From: Podarcis muralis
Taxonomy: Eukaryota
Length of the DNA: 64,000 nt
Direction: 5' to 3'
Assembly: GCF_964188315.1 (NCBI RefSeq)
Contig: NC_135664.1
Location: forward strand, 48,918,001-48,982,000
Below, one piece after another: positions 38,601 to 52,447 of the stretch (position 1 is its first letter; each line of letters starts with the position of its first letter). Both the position numbers and the translations under genes were made by a program. A model generated the notes under the pieces. The model was given only the letters and a program-made list of their open reading frames with translations. It was not told the DNA's origin and made no database searches.

Positions 38601-39979
38601 AGCAGCCGTTCTGTTCTTGCTGAAAAGGGTCTTGAGCAGCAGATGTGCAGCAATGCAACAGTTTGCAAGGTGTTTACAGACAAAATGTCAGCCCTGCTGA
38701 GGAAAATGGGATTTTGTGGCCTGAGCTGTCATGCAGTCTAGGACTGAGCAGGTCTGTGATGGCTGTTTTACCCCGCATGCTCTGGGAAGGAAAAGGGAAC
38801 TTGGAAGTGCAAAAAGGATTTGCTTATTAAGAGGATGAGTTGGTGCTGCAAATGTATCCCCATCTGTTTTTTAGTCCTCAGGCTCCGCGCAGCAAATCAG
38901 CCGAGTAAATAAAAAGGAGGGGAGTTTTTCAGTTCTTTGCATCCTGGATCTCTGGGCTTGTTCACACGAGGTTTTAATGTGGGTTTGAAGCTGAACAGAA
39001 TCTTCCTCGTTCAAGTGGAAGCCCACACTTTCTCCCCAATTAAGTTGGATTTCCCCCATCTATGGTTAATTTGATAAGGGAAGAAAATCCAATATAAAAT
39101 TGCAAGGTACCCAGTTGTGGATGCAATAAAGCGCATTGTGTGGGTGGGAGGCAGGGGTTCATGTGTGTGGTGATGTTTCACTGGGTACTGTCTACTGTCA
39201 CACTTCATACTTCCGTTTGCTCCTTGCCTGAGCACACCTGAACTATCTTGTTTTCATCAGCAGAAAGAAAAGGATGCAGTTGACAGTCTCCCTGTTTCCA
39301 GCAGTAGTTGCTGAAGGCACATACATGGTAATTTTATTCTATTTTTATTTTAAAGCTGTTTTGTATAGAACTGCTCTTGCACAAAACAGCAATATGGATA
39401 TAGATATTAAAAGGCTTTTCAGGAAGAATCAGCCACTGCAGGAGGTGTGAAATAAAAAGGGAAAGGGAAAGGAACACACTAATTTATCCCCTCACCCCAA
39501 AATTGATCTCCTCATCCTTCCTTAGCCATATGTATATATGTGTGAAACATACCACATATTTTCTACTCTACCTCAAGTTCTGGTCTGGGTATTACAGATA
39601 CCCATTGCCATTCTGTACCCTGGCATTCTGGCACAGTGCTTCGCTAGATGCAACATGCTCATGTTTGTTTATTTTTGAAAATGCTGTACGTTTATTTTTC
39701 AACATCATGTAAAGCCAGAACATCAAAAAACACATTTGTATTTATTTATTTATTTTAAATGGCCATTCTGCCCACCATGAAACAGGCTTGAAATGTTTGC
39801 TTTGTCTGAAGTTACTTGTTGCACAATTCCATGGACAAAACATATTTAAGTGAACCTGTGTAAGTTGTTCTAAACTCTTTTTAAAATTGTATTTTACTGT
39901 GTGTGTTTGTTTGTTTGTTTGTTTGTTTGTTTCATTTGTACCCCACCTTTCCTCCAAGGAGCTCAAAATGAAGTACATA

Positions 39980-40202
39980 CAGTGGTACCTCGGGTTAAGA
40001 ACTTAATTCGTTCTGGAGGTCCGTTCTTAACCTGAAACTGTTCTTAACCTGAGGTACCATTTTAGCTAATGGGGCCTCCTGCTGCCATGCCGCCGCCGCG
40101 CGATTTCTGTTCTCATCCTGAAGCAAAATTCTTAACCTGAGGTACTATTTCTGGGTTAGCAGAATCTGTAACCTGAAGCGTCTATAACCTGAGGTACCAC
40201 TG
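39980..40202 (-). mobile_element. Tc1/mariner MITE inserted into a MIR-like SINE
   Basis: TIRs and TA TSD. SINE sequence resumes on both sides. Confidence 0.85.
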
Positions 40203-43200
40203 TAGTCCTGTCTGCCTGATTTTATCCTCACAACAACCCTATGAAGTAGGTAAGGCTGAGAGGCAGTGACTGGCCCAAGGTCACCCAAGGAGCTTCATGG
40301 CCAAGTAGGGATTTGAACCCTGGTTTCCAGGTCCTAGTCTGACATTCTAATCACCATGCCAAACATGCTCTCTAGGGGCTTATGGTGAAGGGCAGGTTAA
40401 TAATGATGATGATGATGATGATGATGATGATAATGTGCACCTCACATTTCCAGAACTATTGGAGGTAGGGAAGTAGTAATGGAGAGGAGAGGACAACAGC
40501 ACACTTTACAAATACATCCCATAAAGTGCTGCCCATGATTTAGACAGAAAACTTCGAGATAGATTTGGGAGGCATAAAATTAGAAGTGCTCATGCATGGG
40601 GGAAAGTGAACCAAAGTGCATATGGAAAAAGAGACCCAAAGATGCATTAATGCCCCAATGTGCATACAGTCTCTGTTTCCCAGTCTTGCCCATTAAAGAC
40701 AATATGCATAACTCACTTCTGCTTCTTCAACAAAGCAGGAAGCTCTGGGGAATTGAGAGTGTGTGCAAAGCACAAAGATCCTAACCTGACACTGTTCTGA
40801 CTTCTGTATAGGCGACTACCATGCAATTGCAATAGAAATTGTGGTCCGTTGCCTCAATATTATCCATAGTGGTCCCAGTTTGGAGCCATAATGCAATGGG
40901 ATTCTTTGTAGGATTTGTGTAGTTTATGCCTTTCCCCTTAATCTCACTCCAACAACTTTGAGGCAAAATAAAAAAAAAAAAGCTCAACAACTTCAATCCT
41001 AAAATGAAAAAAGGTTAACAACTTTGGTCGGCCCTTTGGTTTGGTCGGCCCTCACTGCCCTTCACTTCATCAAATCTGGCCCTCTTTGAAAAAAGTTTGG
41101 ACACCACTGGTCTATGGGAATGAAATGATGTGTTGAGGCCTATTTTCATCATTTGGGAAGCCTCTCTGATCATGAGTGGAGACTGAAGGCAGGCCATGAG
41201 CACTGAAGTCCTGTCTTTACTACCACATTTGTTTCCTCTGGGTCACAAGGCACAGCCAGGCGGCGTCAGCATGTCAATAATTCCTCTTCCACTTCCTTTT
41301 AGCATCTTCTTCCTCAAACAGCAAGGCTGAGAAATAGAAGACAGCACCACCCTTTCTCCACTTGCTTCTTATGTACAGGACAGAGAACCCTGGGCAACAG
41401 CGCCCCTGGCTGGACAGAGAAGAAGATAAGAAGAAAACTGGAGGCTTTGTGCTGGTCATCAGGCAATGGCTTTTTAAAAAAGAAATCTGCCATTCGATGT
41501 GGATGATCAAGTGAAGATCACGTATTTGCTGTCTGCACCAATAGGTTCGTGACAGACAAAGTGGCAAAATTCACGGTTGCAGCCCCAAAACTGAGAACGA
41601 TCATCAAAGACAATATGGTGGACTGTAAAGTCTGATTGGCAATGTAATATAGAAACTCATTTGTGTAGGTCTGCTCTTCCAAGTGTATTAGCAGGATTTT
41701 AATTGCATTTGTAATGTAACAAATACCATGGATAATATGAACTGATATACAATATAGATTATGGAATAATATGCAGTTGAGAACAAGACCCACGGAGGGG
41801 GTGGAGGGAAGTCGGGAGATTCAGAGTAATCATTATATATGGATATGCATTTGGTTTGTTATAATTTTGTATTTGTAAAATCAAATAAAAACGATTTTTT
41901 TTACAAAAGGAAAAATGAGAAACCGAGAGAAACTGAAATTTGCACAAGAATGTATTAATTTGCAAATTTTGTCCATCCTTGATACACAGTAGCTTGTAAT
42001 GAGACCACTATATCCCAAATCTGAAATGACCAAATTGCACCACTATGGGTGATGCCCCATGACAGCAGAGTGGGGGGAAATTTGCAGAGGAGAGATCTTG
42101 AAAGTGCTCTGGAAGAAAGTCCTGCAGAAAGAAGAGATGGCAATGGAATGGGAAGACATATTGATGGTAATTTAGCAATTATCTTTTGAGTTGTGTAATC
42201 ACTGTTGTCACAATCCCTTCTTCTGAAAGGCTGAGAATACTGTGGGAAACCATGCCAGCCTCATAGTATCTAAGGACATGATCCAGTTGCCCCTCCACAG
42301 GAGCTAAATTACCTCACTATGGTTCAGTAGCTGACACATGACAGATCACTAAGGTGCCACACTGCTCCCCATTGTTTCGTAATGACTTGGTACAGGCAAT
42401 GGCAGTAATTAATTGTGTGCTTGTTAGCGGAGCAGAGTGGCGACTAATGAAAGCTGTAATTTGTCAAGTGATAGCTGCAATGATCACATGGACAATTCAC
42501 CCTTCATTAAAACACACCAATTTGCTTTTAAAGGGGCGGGTTTCCAGTGAGTGGGCACACACTCTCTTCTTGGGCCACATTACTTATAAGAACACAAGAG
42601 CCTGCTGGATCAGCCCATGGCCTATCTGGTCCAGTATCCTGTTCTCACAGTGGCCAACCAAATGCCTGTGGAAAACCCTCCAGCAGGACAGAAGCACAAG
42701 AGCCCCCCTCCTGTGGTTTCCTGTGCGTCAAAGAATAGACATAAACTGGGTGATTGAAAGATTTATGGCTCAATTATAAGAGGCCCCTTTTCTTTTGGGA
42801 GGTGTTGATTTCATCCTCCAGGTGATCTCTTTAATGAGCATCCATTCAGACTTGCTTGCTTGCACAAAGCTTAGACGGTGTTTGGTCTTTATTGAGCCTT
42901 TGGTCTAACAGCAGAAAGTTGTTTTCGTCGATTGCAATTGGATGACAGAGCGCTTTAATCCACTTTAATTGCACAAACCTAAATTTCCGGTATGCTCTTG
43001 AATCCCTCCGGCAAAATATCGGAGGCAACCTGCAACTTTGTCAGTGTCTTATTAACATGGAAACCCTTCATTCCCCATTGGAAGAAAGCAGCTTCTCTCT
43101 TTCTTCACCAGGGGGTTGGAAAGAGCTACAGCATGAGCCCAATCCATTCCTCACCCAGATATCTTCTCCTAAACTAGGAATGCTACGAAAGAGAAGAGGC

Positions 43201-43379
43201 TCCCCTTCTGTGCTTCCCCCATCCCTCCATCTGCTCTTCTGGATGTTTGGAAGCTACACAAGTAGCTTCCCCTGCAAGTCCAAAGCCTGGAGTCACAGAG
43301 TGTGATGAGAGGAAATGGCTAGCCATATGGGGCAAGCAAAGATAGAAAATATCTCTTGAAATGGCATGCTTGCACATGC

Positions 43380-43588
43380 CCCTCCCTGGCTGCCTGGTGG
43401 GGGGAAGGGACCAGTGGGCGGGTTGAGAAACAGCCTCTCTTCCCTTTCCTTCCTAACCCACAATCTGCTGTTCAATTCGGCTTCCGTTTTGACATAACTG
43501 CCGGAGGCTTTCCGCCATCATCGCTTGCGAGCCGTTAGATTTGACCGGGGGACTCAACGGAACTCCATAAGTCCGCTAGGCCACAGCC
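43380..43588 (+). promoter_or_regulatory. RAC2 proximal promoter / 5'UTR
   Basis: Locally CpG-enriched, with a GC box (gggcggg) and ETS-like cttccg just upstream of the ATG. Confidence 0.6.
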
Positions 43589-43623
43589 ATGCAAGCCATC
43601 AAGTGTGTGGTGGTTGGAGATGG
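43589..43623 (+). CDS. RAC2: Rac2 GTPase exon 1 (MQAIKCVVVGD)
   Basis: gccATG, 35 nt, GTATGT donor. Confidence 0.98.
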
Positions 43624-44547
43624 GTATGTACCATTTGCTTGAGGGGACAGGGGAGAGTGAGGGAAGGCGTGCCTCTTCCTTGGAGTAGATCCTTCCTTGC
43701 TCCGAGGCCCCAGAGCTGACAGCTTCTCTCTGTGTGTCTTTCAGAGAGGCCTCGCAAGCACAGGAAGGAACTGTGACTTGCTTCAAGAGCAATCAAGGGT
43801 GGGGGAAGAGCACGCCTTAGGCCAGGAGTGGGCGACTTGTGGCCCTGTCAGATATCGTGGGGCTCCAGCTAGTGTGAGCAGTGGTCCATCAGTCCCAGCT
43901 AGAATGGCCAGTGGTCAGGGATGGGAGTCCAGCAACATCTTAGAGGGCCACAGGTTCCCCACCCCCATTTCAATGTGTTGCTTAAGAAGAAGGTGCTTTT
44001 CTATAAATTCTGACTTGGATACAGTGTGTGTTATTTCTGTGTTGCATTTTATGGCGTTGCTTGTGGGGTTGAGGACAGATTGCAGAAGGTTATTGTCCAC
44101 TTCCAAATGGTACGAGGCTACTTTCTGTGGGAATGATTGGAGAACTTCCCTGGTCTTTCTGACAGCATATCCAGAAACAGTTGTATTCTGTGGGTTGGTG
44201 GGTTTGAAGGGTGAGACAGCAGAGTCATCTCTGAAATGAATTGCAAGTGAAGATGTGGCCCTTGTAATGGCAACCCTGCATTTAGGCCATGCTTTCTCTG
44301 CATTAAACCTACATGCACCACACACACATTGCTTTCTGAATCCTTCCCTGGGATCTTTCCCTGCTGTGCTGAGGAGTTTGATTAATCTGAAACACCCTTG
44401 AAAGAAGAGCCACAGCTCAGTGGTAGAATATCTGCTTTGCAACTCCAGGTATGGTTGGGAATGTCCCCTTCCTGAAACCCTGGAGCGTCACAGCCAGTCA
44501 GTGTAGACAAGGTTGAGCTAGATGGACCAACCGTCTACATTCCATTA

Positions 44548-44761
44548 GGCTTGTTCACACATTACACCGATCTGCCTCAACACACGTACAACGAGTGCTT
44601 GTGTGAAAGTGTACAGCTCTTGATTTGTGCAGCTTAGGTTATCGGGTACATAGAATGGGCACTTATTGAATGCTACGTGTGGATCATTGTATGAGTGTAC
44701 AGCTCAATTATTTGTGTACACAGGTTGTACATGCAGGTTGAATGCAGCATGTGAACACCCC
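44548..44761. mobile_element. PIF/Harbinger-like MITE
   Basis: TIR ggcttgttcaca / tgtgaacaccc flanked by TTA and TAA. Confidence 0.6.
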
Positions 44762-47022
44762 TAAGGGTTCTCAAGAGAGAACATGCATGTGACCATCCAC
44801 AGGCAAAAGCTTACATGGGAAAGAGGAGGTCTTTGCACCGTGGCAGCCTAAGGCACTAAGAGTTTCTATTGTGTATAAGGCACCTATGTGACCTTTAAAA
44901 GTGTAACCAGAATAATCACTTCCTGGTGTTGCTAAAGATCAGCAATTGGGCCAGCAGCTGGAGGGGCAACGGCTAAATGTGGACCTCTGGGAGAATACCA
45001 CCTGGCCCAACAGTTTCTAAGTGAGAGGTGAAAACATGGGGAGCCAGATGGATTGTGGGCTTCCCACCATGCAGCAGTAGACATGTGCAGGTGGAGTTAG
45101 GCCTTTGGCCTGACACACACCTCTTCCTTTTTCTAAGTACTCCCCCAGTAAAACTAGTTGCTGATTGGAGAGAGCCAGAGTCAGAAACCACCATGATGGA
45201 TGGTGGGGTGAGAAATGAGCAGTACTAAACAAGAGCATCTTTTACTGCACCAGCTTGTAAAAGGTTCAGCTCAGGAAAGTGCTTGCAGTACAAAGACTTC
45301 TTCACTGGGCAGCATCTTCACCTCCTTTCTGCTGATGTGCTCTGGGTGACTCAAAAACATATTATTTTCCACAAACAGAAGCTAGCTCCATACAAGTTTT
45401 CAACTTCTCTATGTCTGAGATTTGCAGCCCAATCCTACGCATGTTTTCTTAGATGAAAGCCTGACTCAGTTTAGGAATGTACAAATCTGTCAGGTTCTGG
45501 TTTCCCATTTTTGCAATCTTAAATTCACTTCTCCACATTTCCACATCATTAAAAAAATTGCACAAGAAACAACATTTTACTGAGAATTTCTCCTAACACA
45601 CACATTTTTGAAGGCAATTTCTGCTAATGCACACATTTTTGGGAGGGTGTCAGTTTCCCCTAATGCAACACATTTTTGCATGTTATTTTCTAATGAACAC
45701 GTTTTTATACACACTTTGCCCCAGAATAAGCATTTTGGTGCACATTAATTGGCTGGAGAACTACAATGCAAAATTCAGAGAAGTGTGAATTTTGAAAGAT
45801 GCCTAGGTTTTCATTCACACATTGTTTTGGAAAGTCCCAATTTGATAGGTTTCCCTTTAAAAGCAAACTCAGTCCCATTTCTCCCCCACCCCTGCACTTC
45901 CTTGGACTGCAACTTTAGTTTCTTGCATCTTGGATAGGATCTGTGCATGTATCTGCTAAGTAGCACTATGGACAGTTAGGGAGGAGGAGAGAAGCTTGAA
46001 GAGAAGTTTTGAATGCAGCATCAAGAGGGTGGCGCATATTGCAATGCCAGGAGTTTTGGATAAGGGTATCACCTGGGCCAGCAGTAGACAAAGAGACTTT
46101 CCCACTCCCTGCACTTTACCAGTCCCTTCCTCTTAAAAAATACCCCAAAGAGGAAGTCTGTAAGCTCTCTTTCTCACATATGCATGCAAATTTTAGAAAA
46201 CAGAAAGCACCGTTCTCTTGAGCAGTTCAGTAGCGCAACTACGTGTATGAACTAGATTACATATTCAATCTCTAACGAAAAGGATATGACAGATCCTGTA
46301 GTAGTGGGGGCTGAGGGGTCTTCAGGCCCCCCCCAATTTTCAAGGATGGGGCTGCCCCTCCCAAATCCTGTGTCCCTACTCTGCCTCCTCCTCCCCACCC
46401 AATGTCGTGTGGGCAGCAGGAGGCCAAGCACAGAGCCCTATTCTATTCTACTGTGCAAAAATGGGTTCCTATTTTGGCCGTTGTTGAGAGCTCACCTGAG
46501 CTTCATTGGGTTCAGGTCCTAGTTTAGGTTACAATCCTATACCCACTTACCTGTGAGAAAGACCCGTTGAACTCAGTGACACTTGTTTCAGAGTAGACAT
46601 GTATAGGATCGCCCTGTTAAAATCTTGTATGAACCATGTCACCATCACATGTGATGTCCTGCTCTATATACCTTCTTTTAGAGAGGCACAATCTGTAAAT
46701 GTGTACAGCAGGGTATTTTCAGTGGTGGCGCCCACAATGTCACAGAATATCCCCAGGCACACCCACTAATCCTTTTCACTGCTCAAGATTTGTAGCAGAT
46801 TGAAACCCTACTCCACCAACCCCCTTCCCATTTATAACGTCCCCCCAAAACCTATCCAACTATCCCAGCTTTTAAATTATCGAGAGTTTTAAAAATCATT
46901 TAAATTATTTTTATTTTACTATTGCTGTGTATTTCAACTGGTTTGAAAACATACCAGTTGCTCTGAGTTGTTGCTGCTGCTGCTGTTAAATGGGAAGGTG
47001 AATTTAATAAATGAATATATGA

Positions 47023-47265
<243 letters not shown>

Positions 47266-48047
47266 TGAGTATAGTGCAGCTCAGAGGCAAAGGATCTGGA
47301 GCCTGCAAACCTTGAGCTTTCGAAGAATTGAGATAAAGCTTATTTTTGTTTCTCCACTAAGTCTTTGGCCTGTAGAGAGAAAATAAGAAGGTAGCAAGTC
47401 CCCACAGCTCATGTCAATGCACTATCTGTGGGAAAGTTGTGGACAGTAGGAGATGATATATTGATTAAATATTATCTTTCCTTACTCACACTAGTGAGCT
47501 AATAGCGGCGCACCTTCCCTTGTACATAGCAGGAAGCTAATTGGTAGATTCATTAGAATCACTTGAGTTAAGCAATCTGGTCTAGCTTGTCCAGATTGGA
47601 TTTGTTCCAGGTAAATTCCTCTTTATTCCATCTTAAAAACAATAAAGATACAACAGTCTTCTTTTAAAAGTAATAGGAAGTTTACTTACATTCAGTTCAC
47701 AATATCCTGAAGGCAGGATTTAGCTTGTAGTTACAGATACAGAGAAAGGTGTGGATTCCTCTTGTGAGGAATGAGCCCATGTGCTGCTGGCTGAGAGCCA
47801 GCAGACAGCAAAAAGCATCAAGAGCATCAAGAGAAGAAGGGAAGATGGCTGCATGACTAGCCCCTTTATGGGGTTTCCCAGGGTCACACCAGTCTACCTG
47901 GTCACATGCAGGGGGAGGAAGCTCCAGACCAGGTGTGAGAGGAACATCCCCCTGTGTGCCCACTCTGGGCAAACAGGCAATGTTGTATTTGACTGCCTTT
48001 TGTGATGTTACACCCCACAGTATCACAGTAATTGCATTCCTTTAGGT

Positions 48048-48185
48048 CAGTGGTTCTCAACCTGTGGGTCCCCAGATGCTGTTGGACTACAACTCCCATC
48101 ACTCCTAGCCAGCATGGCCAGTGGTCAGGGATGGTGGGAGTTGTATTCCAACAACATCTGGGGACCCACAGGTTGAGAACCACTG
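48048..48185. mobile_element. Palindromic hAT MITE
   Basis: About 55-bp TIRs starting cagtggttctcaacc, 8-bp TSD ctttaggt/ctttagtt. Confidence 0.85.
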
Positions 48186-48250
48186 CTTTAGTTGTAAACT
48201 AATGGCGGAGCAGTGTGTGTGTGTATTTGGATCTGCCTAATAGTCAAGGT

Positions 48251-48615
48251 AGGGACGCAGGTGGCGCTGTGGGTAAAAGCCTCAGCGCCTAGGGCTTGCC
48301 GATCGAAAGGTCGGCGGTTCGAATCCCTGCAGTGGGGTGCGCTCCTGTCGTTCGGTCCCAGCGCCTGCCAACGTAGCAGTTCGAAAGCACCCCCGGGTGC
48401 AAGTAGATAAATAGGGACCGCTTACAAGCGGGAAGGTAAACGGCGTTTCCGTGTGTGGCTCTGGCTTGCCAGAGCAGCGATGTCACGCTGGCCACGTGAC
48501 CCGGAAGTGTCTCCAGACAGCGCTGGCCCCCGGCCTATAGAGTGAGATGGGCGCACAACCCTAGAGTCTGGCAAGACTGGCCCGTACGGGCAGGGGTACC
48601 TTTACCTTTTACCTT
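48251..48615 (+). mobile_element. Sauria SINE, tandem copy 1
   Basis: Full length, flanked by taatagtcaaggt. Confidence 0.92.
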
Positions 48616-48628
48616 TAATAGTCAAGGT

Positions 48629-48992
48629 AGGGACGCGGGTGGCGCTGTGGGTAAAAGCCTCAGCGCCTAGGGCTTGCCGATTGAAAGGTCAGCAGTTCGA
48701 ATCCCCGTGGCGGGGTGCGCTCCCGTTGCTCGGTCCCAGCGCCTGCCAACCTAGCAGTTCGAAAGCACTCCCGGGTGCAAGTAGATAAATAGGGACGGCT
48801 TACTGGCGGGAAGGTAAACAGCGTTTCCGTGTGCGGCTCTGGCTCGCCAGAGCAGCGATGTCATGCTGGCCACGTGACCCGGAAGTGTCTCCGGACAGCG
48901 CTGGCCCCCGGCCTCTTGAGTGAGATGGGCGCACAACCCTAGAGTCTGTCAAGACTGGCCCGTATGGGCAGGGGTACCTTTACCTTTACCTT
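48629..48992 (+). mobile_element. Sauria SINE, tandem copy 2
   Basis: Full length, flanked by taatagtcaaggt. Confidence 0.92.
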
Positions 48993-49059
48993 TAATAGTC
49001 AAGGTCTTTATTAGTTAGCCAGAGGCCGCCTATTGTACAAACCCTGCTCCCCCCCACAT

Positions 49060-49187
49060 TGTTGTTTAGTCGTTTAGTCTTTTCCGACTCTTCGTGACCC
49101 CATGGACCAGAGCATGCCAGGCACTCCTGTCTTCCACTGCCTCCCGCAGTTTGGTCAAACTTATGCTAGTAGCTTTGAGAACACACA
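49060..49187 (-). mobile_element. BovB (RTE) LINE 3' tail fragment
   Basis: Reverse complement matches the 3' end of the 58861-59317 copy. Confidence 0.8.
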
Positions 49188-51465
49188 CTGAAAACAAGAT
49201 AGAAACAAAAGATCCCATCCAGCCTTCTGCACAGCACATGACCAAAAGGAAGTATATTGCTACATATATTTGTTATACGACTCGGTCTATTTCAACTGAA
49301 AATTGTGAACCAGCTTTTTCTCAAGCAGAGGACTAGGACACCACCAGGTGGGCAGGGCATTTCTTTTTAATAGACAGGACTGCAGTATTGATGGCAGACC
49401 ACTTTATTTAATCAAAGGGCTTCACTATCCATACCTCAGTAAAGGGTAGGACACTCTGGAGAACTATCCAATAATATCCAAACCTCCAGGGATGTGCAGC
49501 AGCGTTGTTTAATTTATATGTAAATAATAGTATTACTGCTCTATCCAGTGTTACTTATAGTCCAGTGTAGAGAGGCTAGTTTCTCTTCTGCTGTATGTTG
49601 CCTTCTCAGTATTGAAATGTGTGTTTTCGAAATGTGCTTTTTCTGCTATGTTATTATGAAATGGTTCTTATTTTTGCTATGCCATGAAATGGTTGCCATG
49701 CTGTGGTTTTGCTATGCTATTTTGAAAATGTTTTTGTAGTGTGCTTGATATGCATCCCTGTTTCTTTGCTGTGAGCCCCTTTGAGCATGATTTCTTTGTG
49801 GGAAAGCAGTATACAGATAAAATGAATGCAATGGTGATATAGTTCTTGTATCCTCCTCACAAGTGGGCTTAAGGAGGAGAATATGGGATTTTTGTTGTTG
49901 TAAATTTTAATCACTATTAATTAGGATAAAACACACTTCATGATGGTTGGGAAAGCTCAGAGGCCGCATAATGTGTTTTGCTAACTACAACTCTCTGACC
50001 ATTGGTCATGCTGCCCGGGGCTGATGGGTGTTGGGGTCCACAATATCTGGAGGGCACCATCTTGAGTTAGCCTGGGGCTGGAAGGACATGGTAACATTCT
50101 CGAGCTGTTCAGACTATAGCTGGGAGTCCATTGCTTCATTTGTGTATTGGTTTAGTGTAGAGAATGGGTTTGGAAGCTCAGGCTTCCAAGACTTCTCTAT
50201 CTTGGCCTTTGGGAGACTCCCTGGGTTACACCCCTTCTCCTTGTGTGTTTTCGCCTGACTGTTATGTGTCCTTGAACTCTGATAATCCAGTGTGTGTAGA
50301 AATTAGCTAGCTGTGCAAAGGTAACATTGTCATGTATTGCTCCACCCACTTTTGTCTCTGGCCCCGCCCATCACCGGCATGTTGCCATCTGACTGGAAAA
50401 GGTTTAGTTTAGGCTTAGTATACATGCAGGGAGTTACTTATATGAGAGATGATTAAAGCTTTGACACATAAACACCCCTCCAATCTGAAGTGGTGCAGCC
50501 CGGAATTTTACCACTTGAGTCAGAACAGGCAGAGTAGTTGAGAGATACTTTTGAGTCACCCTAGGTGCTATTGTTGCCTGCTGGGATGTAAACGGATCTC
50601 TTTGCAGTTTGAAATGGAATCCATTCAACTGATTTCCAAGGCAGAAGCTGTAGTGCTTTATCCCTTATAAAAGCACAATACTTCACCTTGATCCAGATCA
50701 TGATCATGTAAAAATTAACCAATTATTAATTTCAAAAAACAAAAAGCAGGCCACTGTTGCGATGCACAGGCATGCTGTGATATCACTGCCAAGGTTACAT
50801 GTTGGAATGACATGTCACGTGTCCCCTAAGTAGCAACCATAGAAAGTTAAAAGGTTTATCGAGGGCTGTAGTTATATTTTCTCCCAATCTGTGTTAAAAG
50901 AGAGGTGGAGGTGCGAAACTTTCCTGCCATTAACTTCCTTAAATTAACTTATTTAGGATCTGTCATGTAAAACCTATGAGGTTGCATTTGTCAGTAAGCC
51001 AGAACTTGAACTATATTGCCTCTCTCCCTTAAACGAAAAAGAACAGTAACAGGAAACGCCTGACTCCACCCAGATACAATAAATTTCTGTGCCACCTAAT
51101 GTCTAAGCTATATCATGACAGTTTGCACACATTCTCCCATGCCCAATTTTAAGCAATTCCCCATCCCCCTCGCCACAGCCACCCCATAAACCCATTCCTT
51201 CTGGAGAGGCTTTCTGTGGGACACATGTGGCTGCTGGGTGAAGAAGGGGTAGGCTGAGATGTGCTCCTCCTGTGAACTTCCTAAATTTGACTTAAAATGG
51301 GCAAAGATCCTCCCCTTCGAAACAGCTCATGTTACTGTAGTTGGAAGCAGTGTCCGGGTAGAAACTGGCAAAAACAACAACAACTGAACAACTTTTGTGT
51401 CCAGATTTCCATTTTTTGAAATATGGCAATAAGCTTTAAGGAACTGACACCTACTTTTGTTACAG

Positions 51466-51583
51466 ATTTGACAACTACTCTGCCAATGTAATGGTTGATA
51501 GCAAACCTGTAAACCTGGGGTTGTGGGATACGGCTGGCCAGGAGGACTATGACCGCTTGAGACCTCTCTCCTATCCTCAGACA
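51466..51583 (+). CDS. RAC2: Rac2 exon 3 ([39 protein letters not shown])
   Basis: 118 nt. S48 is RAC2-type (RAC1 has G48). Confidence 0.98.
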
Positions 51584-51634
51584 GTGAGTTCCTCTTGTTT
51601 TCTCATATGCATTTTCTCTGCAGTTTTGGACTCA

Positions 51635-51830
51635 GTTATCCATGCTATGGTGACCTCCCTATAGCTGGACTACATCAATGCACCGTGTGTGGGGCTGCCC
51701 TTTGAGACAATCTGGAGGCTGCACCTAGTGTTGAAGGCAGCTGATAGGCTGCTAAGTGCGGCAGCTCAATGGGACAATGGATCCCTGGTCCTGAAAGCAC
51801 TGCACTGGCTGCCAGTGAACTACCAGAGCC
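51635..51830 (+). mobile_element. L2-type RT C-terminal remnant
   Basis: Decayed LDY.NA...GLPFETIWRLHLV...ALHWLPV motif. Confidence 0.7.
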
Positions 51831-52204
51831 ATAAGTGGCTCAGGGCACAAGCACCTAAAAGAGCAACTTTCCCAGCGTCAACCACTTCAGACTCTATGCT
51901 TTACCACCTTATTGATGATTGACCTGTGTGAAGGTCTTCCCAGTGGCCACTCAACACTGGAAGTGGACCACTCAACACTGCTTCTGCCTCTAAAGAACAA
52001 ATCACATTTGACTGTATTACCCTTCAGAACCAAAAGATAATAGAACTTTTTATTACGTTTATTCTGCAAAATCAAGTCATATTTTTCAGCACTGGTGTAG
52101 GCTTTGGCTTATGTTTTCGTTTTAGGTACTGCCTTTTCCCCTTTCTCACAGATACAAAGGAGACCAGGGCTTTTCTAACTTAAATAGAAAAACAAAAGTG
52201 AGTA

Positions 52205-52447
52205 CAGTGGTACCTCGGGTTACATACGCTTCAGGTTACATACACTTCAGGTTACAGACTCCGCTAACCCAGAAATAGTACCTTGGGTTAAGAACTTTGC
52301 TTCAGGATGAGAACAGAAATCGTGCTCCTGCGGCGTAGCGGCAGCAGGAGGAGGCCCCATTAGATAGTGGTACTTCAGGTTAAGAACAATTTCAGGTTAA
52401 GAACCGACCTCCGGAACGAATTGAGTACTTAACCCGAGGTACCACTG
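52205..52447 (+). mobile_element. Tc1/mariner MITE, same family
   Basis: TIRs and TA TSD. Confidence 0.85.

Noticed and set aside
41490-41900. Coding-like stretch (RFVTDKVAKFTVAAPKLR) in the intergenic interval
   Set aside because: Looks like a decayed LINE ORF2 C-terminus followed by an L1-like A-rich tail, not a gene.
43697-44442. Overlapping 180-aa (+) and 175-aa (-) ORFs in RAC2 intron 1
   Set aside because: No protein similarity recognised. They include MITE fragments and have no splice or Kozak support.
48251-48330. tRNA gene-like A/B boxes (also at 27300, 32331, 33887 and 61380)
   Set aside because: These are tRNA-derived SINE heads with SINE bodies and tails, not cloverleaf tRNA genes.
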